Positions 1-10,920 of a stretch of DNA of 63,585 nt are shown in pieces. The stretch is from Octopus bimaculoides. Taxonomy: Eukaryota. Position numbers and translations under genes: made by a program. Within the stretch, counting starts at the first letter, position 1. Every line of letters starts with the position of its first letter. The stretch is taken from the NCBI RefSeq assembly GCF_001194135.2, contig NC_068984.1, positions 140,239,911 through 140,303,495 on the forward strand. Reading direction: 5' to 3'. The notes beneath the pieces were generated by a model. That model saw only the letters and a program-made list of their open reading frames with translations. It did no database searches and was not told the DNA's origin.

Positions 1-460
1 TAAATGTTTCTTTTTTTAATATTTCCATAGTTTTCAAATACGTAGGACATTTTCCTTCTGTCTCTTGTGAAGGCTCGGTAGGTAGGCAGTAGCAGGTCTG
101 AAGAAATATTTTATATTTAATGTTAGATATTTCTTCAACTCTGTTACTTTCTACCTACCGAGACTTCACAAAAATAAGAGTGAGAGACAGAAAAAAAAAA
201 GGAAAACGTCCCTTGAATTTGAAAACTATGGAAATATTAAAAAAAAAAAACATTTCATCTCATTTTTCCACAATTGAACTGTTTTTCTTGCTTTATTTTA
301 AGTTGAAAAAGTCGCAAAGACTGAAACCGGTACTAAAATGTTCTTCATCATAACATTATTTTAGAATTTTCTACCTTGTCTTATTTTCCTTATACATATC
401 AATAAGCATGTTACTTTTCAATCTTGTTTTTGATTGAGATTTGTAATAAATCTGAGGTAT

Positions 461-654
461 AGGCGCAGGAGTGGCTGTGTGGTAAGAAGCTTACTTCCCA
501 ACCACATGGTTCTAGGTTCAGTCCCACTGCGTGGCACCTTGGACAAGTGCCTTCTGCTATAGCCTCGGGCTGACCAAAGCCTTGTGAGTAGATTTGGTAA
601 ACGGAAACAGAAAGAAGCCCGTCGTGTACATATATATATATATGAGTGTATATA

Positions 655-706
<52 letters not shown>

Positions 707-716
707 NNNNNNNNNN

Positions 717-749
<33 letters not shown>

Positions 750-965
750 TGTGTGTATGTGTGCGTGTGTCCGTGTTTGTCCCCCTCCCTCGCTTGACAA
801 CCGATGTTGGTGTGTTTACGTCCCCGTAATTTAGCGGTTCGGCTATAAAGAGACCGACAGAATAGGTACTAAGTCTTACAAGAGAATAAGCCCTGGGGTC
901 GATTTGTTTGACAAAAAGGCGGTGCTCCAGCATGGCCGCAGTCAAATGAATGAAACAAATAAAAG
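461..965 (+). mobile_element. SINE family B (tRNA-like head, internal (TA)n/(TG)n microsatellite, conserved right half), full length
   Basis: Head GGCGCAGGAGTGGCTGTGTGGTAAG with B-box-like GGTTCAGTCC; right half ending CCAGCATGGCCGCAGTCAAATGA..GAAACAA; homologous copies recur more than 10 times in the window. Confidence 0.85.
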
Positions 966-1419
966 AATTTAAAAAATAACCTTTTCCCTGTCCAAAGTAT
1001 TTGCTTCAGTTTGTCCTAAATGTCCGAGCATGTTTTCAGACCCTCAGTCGGCTCATATTTCATACCTTCCGAGGAATATAAGCTTTCCTTTCGCTAACCC
1101 CAAGTTCATCTGGTAGTTGAAAAAAGATGGGAATGTGTATCATATATAATGCATAGACACCAGAGAAACATGTCTTGTGCTTCACATGTGGTCCAAAAGA
1201 CAGGAAAAGGGTTTATAATGTTACAGTATGTTTAATTTTAAAGTAGTGATGACGTCTTATGCCAATTCTTGGTCACTTAGGATATCTTCAGGACAAGCAG
1301 AAAGATTTGGGAAAATATTTAATAGAAAGGATATATGGTTTAAGGTTACCAATTATCTTACTAAATTTAGATAAAGCAAAGTTTTAAAGCTAAAATATTA
1401 ATTAGCCAATTTAATGGTG

Positions 1420-1899
1420 ATACAGTTCTATATTTAAGAGATGAGGAATTATGTACATTATTCACATTATTTACATTAGACGGATATTTGTCTTCATCTT
1501 GTTTGTTGTTAACACAACGTTTTGGCTGATATACTCTCCAGGCTTCATCGGGTGTCTTGGGGAAATTTTGAACCTGGGTTCTCATTCCTAAGGTATATTT
1601 CGATGTTATTATTATTACGGGCATACGGCGTAGTGGTTAAGAGCACGGGCTACTAACGCCAAGATTCCGAGTTCGATTCCAGGCAGTGACGTCAATAATA
1701 ATAATAATAATAATATCGAAATATACCTTAGGAATGAGAACCCAGGTTCGAAATTTCCCCAAGACACCTGATGAAGGCTGGAGGGTATATCAGCCGAAAC
1801 GTTGTGTTAACAACAAACAAGACGAGGACAAATATCTGTCAAATGTAAATAATGTAAATAATGTACATAATTCCTCATCTCTTAAATATAGAACTGTAT
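1420..1899 (+). mobile_element. tRNA-headed non-autonomous element with Penelope-like (pLTR-type) tail, preceded by an inverted copy of the tail
   Basis: 1420-1616 is the reverse complement of 1694-1899 (about 9 differences); spacer 1617-1693 has A-box-like CGGCGTAGTGG (1626-1636) and B-box GTTCGATTCC (1671-1680); tail contains CTGATGA..GAAAC typical of PLE termini. Confidence 0.75.
1763..1808 (+). ncRNA. Minimal type-I hammerhead ribozyme motif (Penelope-type, palindromic stem III)
   Basis: Stem I GACAC/GTGTT; core CTGATGA plus extra A; stem II GGCTG/CAGCC with 10-nt loop; GAAAC followed by GTT (palindrome AACGTT); predicted cleavage after 1803. Confidence 0.75.
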
Positions 1900-2492
1900 A
1901 ACTCTTGTTATTAAAGTTTATAGAAACTGTGGATGGATTAATGCATTCCGAAAGTCTGTTGTTTCTTGTGCTCAGTTGCTTCTATTGGACAAATTCTTAA
2001 GTTTATTATTCGATATTTATTCACACACATCCCTCTGCTTTATTTATTGGGTTATTTCAGCATCAATCGCTGAAACTTTCTCCATTATATATCAGGCTAA
2101 TTATTTATCAATAATTACCTCATTAACTAAAACATATGGAAAGTTATCATCACATACAAAATAAAGTGCACGACCTCAGGTTTCGATTTTGACCTACACA
2201 ATGTGTGTGTGTGTACGCATGCGTGCGTGTTTCTCTTTCACTCTCTCTTCCTCTCTCTCTCTCTCTTTCTCTCCTTCTGTATATTGTAAGTATGACAATG
2301 ACTTTGAAGTTTAAGGCTCGCTAGTTTCATCAGCGGAAAACTACCAGGCCGAAACTTCGAAGTCACTAATTCACTTGCAAAAATTTAATAATCATTTACT
2401 CTTCTGAAAAGTTTCTTTCAGTTTAATATTAAATTGTTCTTATATATATAGAACTTGACATAAAAACAAACATTATTGAATATATATATGTG

Positions 2493-2537
<45 letters not shown>

Positions 2538-2566
2538 GTGTGTGTGTGTGTGTATATGTATATATA

Positions 2567-2637
<71 letters not shown>

Positions 2638-2644
2638 TCTTCCT

Positions 2645-2740
2645 CTCTCTTTTACTCTTTTACTTGTTTCAGTCATTTGACTGTGGCCATGCTGGAGCAC
2701 CGCCTTTTGTCGAGGAAATCGACCTCAGGACTTATCTGTT
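2645..2740 (-). mobile_element. SINE B 3' fragment
   Basis: Reverse complement of the family B tail (TTGTTTCAGTCATTTGACTGTGGCCATGCTGGAGCACCGCC). Confidence 0.8.
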
Positions 2741-3793
2741 TACGTGTATATTTACATTCACCGGTTCGTAATCTGTTTATGTCCCTAATTTAATTTGTTC
2801 CTAGTTTTTGGGGGTTTTTTCGTAAGCTTTTCTCCTCTAAATTGAATTAACTGTACTAGATGAACCAAACCTATTCCCTAATTCATTCTAAACATGGAAG
2901 CCGTGGGTGCGAGCCCGGGTGAAGCCGACCGCGGGTGCATATCTCGGTGGTAGTAGTTCTACCTGTTTTCGCCTTGGAATTCCTAAATTTTATTTAGCCA
3001 TTCACCTATTTGTGAATACCTACTTCCGATTTTGAGAGCATTATATTGAACTATTTAATATTTTATTAATAAATTTTAATTATTCAATTGACCTATATTT
3101 AAGCCCTTATCATTTTTATTAGCATATTTTATCACCTTCAATTACTACTTTTGTATTTATTTATTCATGTTAAATACCATACCTCCGTATCTTAGCAACT
3201 TAACATATTTACTTCCGGTATTTCACTATACGAAGGCTACATATCTGAAAGCTTTAAATTAAATTTTGTCCAATAGCTCTTTATCTTTATTAGTCTAGCT
3301 CAATAATAAATTTTTAAAGGATGTAAGGTAATAACTTATAATTCTTTATTCATTGTTATTTTCTCTCTCAATCTATTTTCACTCTTTACTCTATTTTGAT
3401 TTATTTATTTTAATTATTCATTATTCATAATTTTTATGCACCCTGACATTGGGTAAATATTCTTATAGGTCTTTTAACTATTTCGTTTTTTTTTTCTTTT
3501 TTAATAAGTAATTTATTGCTTAAACGCCTTCCACGTTTATATTGATTTAATAAGAATAGATATAAAAGCATAATATAACATTTTTAACCAATTATCTCTA
3601 CTTGAGCTTTATTATGCTTAACACTTCAGATGAATATATTGTTTCACAACTCTATTATACACAACCTTACTCTCCTGCTAAGGGCTCTACCACTTGTATA
3701 CTATGGTCTTGATGTATACCTTTTTATTGTTAACGGTTTGCAGCCGTTTATTCAATATGAGGAAACTGAACACCTACTTTGTATACCTTTATC

Positions 3794-3875
3794 TACCTCT
3801 GAAGAGATTCGACTTTCAAATAATTTTTAATTTAATTAATTTTCTGAGAGCCTGAATTCAAACAGCTGTAAGGGA
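3794..3875 (+). ncRNA. Degenerate Penelope-type hammerhead-like motif
   Basis: TACCT-CTGAAGA-long imperfect stem II-(C)AAAC-AGCT-GTA-AGGGA; palindromic ACAGCTGT stem III; G12 missing. Confidence 0.45.
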
Positions 3876-3989
3876 TGTTTGTCAATTTTGTGATTAATAA
3901 ATAATAATTCATTAATTACCTTTCTATTCTTTCATCTTATTATTATAATAAATAAAATATATAGAAATCACGGTTTATATAGTAACCTG

Positions 3990-4265
3990 GCAGTGGAGTA
4001 TTCCCATTATATGTTGAGGATCTGTCGTAACTCCGATTGCTGGAAGCATTCAAGGCGCTTAAAGTCACGGCGGTACAACGTCCAAGTTTCACAAGCGTAG
4101 AGTTGACAAGACAATGGCACGGAAGACCATGATCTTTATCCGGATGGTCAGCGCGTGATTGAAGAATACACGTTGGTTGAGTCTGCCGAAGGCGTAGTGG
4201 GCCGCCCCAATCCGGTTCTCCACGTCATTTTCACATGTAGTGGGGGTCTTCGAAAGGTTTGTAAC
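3990..4265 (-). mobile_element. RTE-clade LINE fragment (region C-terminal to the RT core), decayed
   Basis: Minus strand reads ENRIGAAHYAFGRLNQRVFFNHALTIRIKIMVFRAIVLSTL, then ETWTLYRRDFKRLECFQ, matching the RTE pattern RI..A..AFGRL..RV..LLYG.ETWT. Confidence 0.8.
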
Positions 4266-4409
4266 CTTTAATTGTGCTTTTATATATATATATATATATA
4301 TATATAAGATAATCCTCAAAGGATTGTGCCAAACTTTGACATCGAAAGTTGCACAGACAGCAGAAGGGCGCGCGCCACTGCTTAGTTCCAAAGATCCTAA
4401 CATCACCGT

Positions 4410-4439
4410 ATGTGTGTGTATGTGTTTGTGTGTGTGTGT

Positions 4440-4486
<47 letters not shown>

Positions 4487-4698
4487 TGCGTCTTTGTGTC
4501 TGTAGTTGTTCCCTATCATCACTTGACAACCGGTGTTGGTGCGTTTACGTCCCTGTAACAGCGGTTCAGCAAAAGTGACCAATAGAATAAGAACTGGGCT
4601 TACAAAGAATAAGTCCTGGGGTCGAATTGTTCATTAAAGACCCTTCAAAGCGGTGCTCCAGCATGGCTGCAGTGAAATGGCTGAAACAAGCAAAAGAA
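4410..4698 (+). mobile_element. SINE B right half
   Basis: (TG)n followed by CACTTGACAACCGGTGTTGGTGCGTTTACGTCC..CCAGCATGGCTGCAG. Confidence 0.8.
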
Positions 4699-4968
4699 CA
4701 TACACACACACATATGCCCGCACGCACACACACACACACACACACATACACACACACACACGCAGAAAAACAAGATGTGTGTTTAGTTTGTGAAGGAGAG
4801 AGTTAGACAGAAAGAGTAATAGGAAGAGGTATTACTTTCAATACACAAAAGATAGAGACTGAAAGTGAAAATGAAAGTAGGGGTTGAAAAGACAGTAAAA
4901 GGTAGTTTTCATATATATGAGCGTGTGTGTGTGTATATATATATGTATATTTTACGTATATATGTATA

Positions 4969-5019
<51 letters not shown>

Positions 5020-5769
5020 NNNNNNNNNNNNNNNNNNNNNNNNNNNNNNNNNNNNNNNNNNNNNNNNNNNNNNNNNNNNNNNNNNNNNNNNNNNNNNNNN
5101 NNNNNNNNNNNNNNNNNNNNNNNNNNNNNNNNNNNNNNNNNNNNNNNNNNNNNNNNNNNNNNNNNNNNNNNNNNNNNNNNNNNNNNNNNNNNNNNNNNNN
5201 NNNNNNNNNNNNNNNNNNNNNNNNNNNNNNNNNNNNNNNNNNNNNNNNNNNNNNNNNNNNNNNNNNNNNNNNNNNNNNNNNNNNNNNNNNNNNNNNNNNN
5301 NNNNNNNNNNNNNNNNNNNNNNNNNNNNNNNNNNNNNNNNNNNNNNNNNNNNNNNNNNNNNNNNNNNNNNNNNNNNNNNNNNNNNNNNNNNNNNNNNNNN
5401 NNNNNNNNNNNNNNNNNNNNNNNNNNNNNNNNNNNNNNNNNNNNNNNNNNNNNNNNNNNNNNNNNNNNNNNNNNNNNNNNNNNNNNNNNNNNNNNNNNNN
5501 NNNNNNNNNNNNNNNNNNNNNNNNNNNNNNNNNNNNNNNNNNNNNNNNNNNNNNNNNNNNNNNNNNNNNNNNNNNNNNNNNNNNNNNNNNNNNNNNNNNN
5601 NNNNNNNNNNNNNNNNNNNNNNNNNNNNNNNNNNNNNNNNNNNNNNNNNNNNNNNNNNNNNNNNNNNNNNNNNNNNNNNNNNNNNNNNNNNNNNNNNNNN
5701 NNNNNNNNNNNNNNNNNNNNNNNNNNNNNNNNNNNNNNNNNNNNNNNNNNNNNNNNNNNNNNNNNNNNN

Positions 5770-5802
<33 letters not shown>

Positions 5803-6366
5803 CAGTTATATATGTATATATACACTCAAACACATACACAGATTGGGAAATATCTGGAGTCGGTAAGAATAGATAAAGAGACAGGGAGATAAAGCGTAAA
5901 TTATGAAGGTAAAGGGTGAACAGACAAGAAAAGAGAGAGATGGGGAGAGGGGAAGGGAAGGAGAGAAAGAAAGACAGAAAGAAAGAATGAAAGAAAGAAA
6001 GGAAGAAAGAAAGAAAGAGAAGTGTCAGGAAGAGGATAAGGTAAGAATATTAAGTTGGACAGACAGGCATTCTGACAGACAGACTGATAGGATAAAGTCG
6101 AAAGCTTGGAAAAAGCAGACAACTAAATCGAATCGATTAATTGAATATCTGAAATTGTGAAAGAACTTTGGTGCTGCTGCATTATGAAGGAGTCCGTTTC
6201 TTATTCTGTATTCTTCCTTTAGTCTTCTTTAGTTCTTTGGTTTTTTGTGAAGTGTCTTAGGAAATATTCTTTAGATGAATAAAACATGAAAGACATCATA
6301 ATAGAAAAGTGTGGCAGCTCTAGATTTTTGATATTTTTAAAATGTCTATTTCATTGTTGTTGTTGC

Positions 6367-6418
<52 letters not shown>

Positions 6419-6893
6419 ACGCTAGCGAAGGCTAATTTAGTTAGCAGGTATTTTATCTCGAAGTTTGCTGACAACAAGTCTCCTCAAAACTCAAGAATCT
6501 TCCTTTAGGATTTTTACAAAATATAAGATGGCACTTTTCTGCAGGTCAACAATGCGAGTTTCAATTCCGATCTCCTTCAGTCTTTTAAGTCGGTATTTTG
6601 CATGTTATGTTATTCCCATATGCATCAATTACCACAAGGTATAACTGTTTTCTCGGTCTTTCACAGTCTCCTCAGTTCTCTGGCGAGATCCAGGTATTTC
6701 TCAGTTCTTTCAATTTATTTGGTTATCGACTCCTCTGTTATCAAAAGGAATTGCAAAAACCTATGATCTTATACTGTTTTTTTTTTATTTTGTCCCCGAT
6801 GATCATATCCGGTCTTTTTGCTTCAATAGCATCGTCAGTTTTCATATGGGGAAATCCCAAAAGATTTAATTCTCATTTTCTATTACAGCCTCT

Positions 6894-6914
6894 GTAGTAG
6901 TAGTAGTAGTAGTA

Positions 6915-7003
<89 letters not shown>

Positions 7004-7010
7004 GGTGGTG
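6894..7010. repeat. (TAG)n/(TGG)n microsatellite
   Basis: Direct reading. Confidence 0.95.
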
Positions 7011-7341
7011 GTGAAGGTTCGTGGCTTAGTGGTTAGGACATTCGGCTCACGATCGTAAGGTCCTGAGTTCGATTCCCGGCGACGGGTTGTGTCCTTGAGC
7101 AAGACACTTTATTTCACGTTGCTCCAGTCCACTCAGCAGGCAAAAATGAGTACTACCTGTAATTCAAAGGGCCAGCCTTGTCACACTCCGTGTCAAGCTG
7201 AGTCTCCCTGAGAACTACGTTAAGGGTACACGTGTCTGCGGAGTACTCAACCACTTGCACGTTAATTTCACGAGCAAGCTGTTCCTGTTCTGTTGCTCGT
7301 ATCAGCTGGGACCCTCGTTGTCGTAACCAACGGAGTGCTCC
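7011..7341 (+). mobile_element. SINE family C (tRNA-derived head, V/Meta-like central domain), full length
   Basis: A-box TGGCTTAGTGG, B-box GAGTTCGATTCC, GTGTCCTTGAGCAAGACACTT core, tail shared with copies at 10621, 13828 and 43830. Confidence 0.85.
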
Positions 7342-7439
7342 TTTTTTTTAATAATAGTTGTAGTAGTAGTAGTAGTAGTAGTAGTAAAAACGGGGTTTTA
7401 CTTGCATTATTTAGAAATGTGAAGACGAGGGGCTGACAG

Positions 7440-7870
7440 AAGCGATTGTGCGTCCGGAGAAATCCTTAGTGGTCTTTCTTCCGGCTCTTTACGTTCTAAG
7501 TTCAAACTTTGCCGAGGTCGACTTTGACCTTCATCCTTTCGGGGTCGATAAAGTAAATACCAGTTGAGTACTGGGGTCGATGGTGTAATCGACTTACCCC
7601 TTCCCTTAAAACCGCTGACCCTGCGCGAAAATTTGAAACAATTATTTAGAAATGGATAGTTGGCAAGCTGGCGGAATCGTTACCGCGCCGGGGAAAAATG
7701 TTCAGCGGTATTTCTCCAGACTTATTACGATCCGAGTTCAATTTCTACTGCGGCCAGCTTTACTTTCCATCCCTCCGGGGTAGATAAAAAAGGTATCAAC
7801 CAAACAGTGGGGTCGATGTTATCGACTTCCCCCTCTCCTCAAAATTGCTGGCCTTGTGCTTACGTAGAAA
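7440..7870 (+). mobile_element. Two tandem decayed SINE family A copies
   Basis: GAGTTCAAAT B-box followed by GCCGAGGTCGACTTTG.CTTTCATCCTTTCGGGGTCGAT family core, twice. Confidence 0.75.
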
Positions 7871-8407
7871 GAATTATTTAAAATTGGAATTTAGTCGTAG
7901 ACTGGCAGATAAGGGTCAGACTAATTGACATGCAATACTTAGAGACATTTCTTTGAGTTCTAAGTTCAAATCCCAACCAGTTCAGTTTTTATTTCACCTA
8001 CCTGGGTCCAATAGGAAAATTTAAACATTTTCTGTTGTTGTTTAGCCCCAGGTAGGTTCCGATAAAATAGACACACCTATGATTAAAGGAAATTCTTCTA
8101 TCACACTGCACACCGAACATCATTTTCATACGAGAAGGCAGGATGTGTTTTGGGATAAATTTAGCTGTTATTTCTAACAAGACAAGTAACTACATAGATG
8201 CTACCCACTTCTTTAAAAAAAACATTATTTAGGAATGAGACATCAACCGATTGAAAAACCTGAGATGAAAGATCTCCGGGTTAAATTTAATGAAGTATTT
8301 AGTTTTGTCTCTCCATATCCTGCTGTTATCAATATTGTGTTTCATCTCAAAAATCGATAAAGTAATTAATTGCCAGCGAACTACCCAAGTCAGTTCTATA
8401 TACTGTA

Positions 8408-8480
8408 CACCGGTGGTTCTCAACCGGGGTCATATGACCATTGGGGATCCATGTAAGATTTTGTTGTTAAAATTTATGTA
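8408..8480 (+). mobile_element. Possible hAT-type MITE left end
   Basis: CACCGGTGGTTCTCAACCGGGG resembles hAT/Charlie-type terminal repeats; no right end found. Confidence 0.35.
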
Positions 8481-8559
8481 TATTGCTTATACTGGTGAAC
8501 TGTAGATACCCATGTAAACTATACGATACACTTGTACCGGTGAACTTCAAACATCTATG

Positions 8560-9290
8560 TTATTTCTTTAAACGATTTTGTTCCAAACAAGACTTGAGGC
8601 TACTGTAGAGTAAGGAATTGCAAAGAAGGAAAAACCAGGGCCTACGAATTCAAAAGATGTTGATTGGCAAAAAGACTTAAAGGATTGAATATCAAAGACG
8701 ACAGGAAAACAAAACGATTGTGGTGAGTTCCAGAGAACAGCAGTTTGAGGAATTAAGCTATAAGAATAAAAGGATTTATGACTAACAGGAATTTCAACAG
8801 AACAACGATGCACTTGGGAAGAGAAGCGGGTGATACGTTTAAAGGTCTTATTTCTTTATTGCCCATAAGTGGGAAAAACATAGAGGGAACAAACAAGGAC
8901 AGACAAACGGGTTAAGTTGATTACATCGACCCCATTGCGTAACTGGTACTTATTTAATCGACCCCGAAAGATGAAAGGCAATGTCGATCTCGGCGGAATT
9001 TGAACTCGGAACGTAACGGCAGACGAAATACCGCTAAGCATTTCGCCTGGCGTGCTAACGATTCTGCCAGCTCGCCGCCCTAGACACGTTTAAAGGTCTT
9101 GACAGAAGATAGTAGATTAGAAGGTTCATCAAAGAAATAACCATGAAAATACTTATGGTATTAAAGCATTTAATTGTTGCTGAATTATCGAATGCCCCGG
9201 TTTCACATAGAGATAATCTGAAAGTTTCTCAGTTACACTCAACTTTGAATGATTTAACGAACCAACTGTTTATTGTGAGTTGTATTTCTG
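8560..9290 (-). mobile_element. CR1/L2/Jockey-group LINE 3' ORF2 fragment interrupted by a SINE A
   Basis: Minus strand ..SSVKTFK[SINE]RITRFSSQVHRCSVEIPVSHKSFYSYSLIPQTAVLWNSPQSFCFPVVFDIQSFKS matches the LINE C-terminal SF.PRT..LWN.LP...FP..FK pattern. Confidence 0.7.
8850..9085 (-). mobile_element. SINE A, full length, long-tail type, with 15-bp target-site duplication
   Basis: TSD ACGTTTAAAGGTCTT at 8835-8849 and 9086-9100. Confidence 0.9.
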
Positions 9291-9430
9291 CATGTAATCT
9301 ACAGTAAGTAGATGGGTCTTAAATGACATGGTTGCCTCTGCATACAGCAAGCATTTGAGGGAGCTTTTATTTATACACGTGTTCGACCTGCTAGAAATAC
9401 TAGCTAAACTTCCCTTAAATCATAACCTAG

Positions 9431-9590
9431 TCGCAGGCATGGGTGTGTGGTTAAGAATCTCACTTTGCAACCATGTTTCGGGTTCAGTTCCATCGCACGG
9501 TACTTTGGGAAAGTGTCTTCTGTTACAGACCCGGGTCGAGCAGAGCTGCCAAATTAATTTGGTAGATGAAAACTGTATGGAAACCCATCG

Positions 9591-9640
<50 letters not shown>

Positions 9641-9865
9641 TTCGAGTCTTTGAGTCTGTGTCTGCCTCTCTCACCTTGCTCCGCCACTTAAACGCTATTG
9701 GCTTATTTACGTCCGTGTGAATTAGCGGTTCGCCAAAGTAGACCGATAGAATACGGACCAAACTTTAACAATAAGTACTGGCGTCGAATTGCTCGACCAA
9801 AATCTTGGAGGTGATACTCCAGTATGGCCGCAATCCAATGGCTGAATCAAGCAAAAGAGCAAAGA
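9431..9865 (+). mobile_element. SINE B, full length, diverged
   Basis: Head, (TG)n centre and tail homologous to 461-965. Confidence 0.8.
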
Positions 9866-10361
9866 TAGCCATCCATTCTTTCATGATGCGCAATATTTAT
9901 AAAGAAATTTTAGAGCAAATTAAATAGACTTCAGTAATTCACTGGTAATTAATTAGTTTATCGATTTTCAAGAGATGAAATATATTGATAGCAGCGGGAT
10001 ATGAAGAGACGAAACTAAACACAGCATCACATTTAGCTCAGCGTCCTTTCATCTCGAACCTCTCAACCAGTCAGTGTTTCGTTCCTTTCTAAATACTGTC
10101 ATATGGCGAACACTTCGTCGGGAAAGTATTATCGTAAATTAAATTCATAGCAGCATATGACTAGTAATTATTCGATGTTGCTTTTACTTTATCCTGCCCT
10201 ATAATCCAATGTATGTCTTTCTAAGACTGTAGAATGTGATTCTAAATAGATTTGGCTGCTAGGTCGATAGGCTATGGAGAGGGTCGTGAAGGTCTCTTTT
10301 ATGATACTTACGGTGTCCCAGTTGTATTTAAACGTTGGATATACAATATCGCTTTCAAATA

Positions 10362-10570
10362 TTTATTTTGGCACAACGCTTCAAATTTTGGAGTAGGAGG
10401 GTATATCGATTACAGTAACCCCAGTATTCAACTGGTACTTAATTTATTGACCCTGAAGGGACAAAAGGCAAAGTCGACCTCTGCGGAATTTGAACTCAGA
10501 ACGTAAAGACGGACGAAACGCTAGTAAGCAATTTGTCCGACCTGCTAACGATTCTGCCAGCTCGCCTCCT
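10362..10570 (-). mobile_element. SINE A (short-tail type)
   Basis: AATTTGAACTCAGAACGTAAAGACGGACGAAA..GCTAACGATTCTGCCAGCTCGCC. Confidence 0.8.
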
Positions 10571-10620
10571 TAGTCAATTTTAAATACTATAAGCTAATTA
10601 GCCCGATGCTATATTACTAA

Positions 10621-10920
10621 TGTGAAGGCGCGTGGCTTTGTGGTTAGGGCATTCGGCTGGCGATTGTAGAGTCGCGAGTTCGATTCCCGGCAGCGCGTTG
10701 TGTCTTTGAACAAGACACTTTATTTCACGTTGCTCCAATTCACTCAACTGGCAAAAGTGAGCAGTACCTGTATTTCAAGGGGCCAGCCTTGTCACACTCT
10801 GTGTCACGCTAAATCTCTCTGAGAAGTATGTGAGGCGATACGAGTGCCTGTGGAGTGCTCAGCCACTTGGACGCTAATCTCACGAGCAAGCTGTTCCGTT
10901 GATCGGATCAACTGGAACCC
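10621..10920 (+). mobile_element. SINE C
   Basis: Collinear with 7011-7341. Confidence 0.85.

Noticed and set aside
2320-2365. CATCAG..CCGAAAC as a hammerhead
   Set aside because: The two half-motifs lie on opposite strands.
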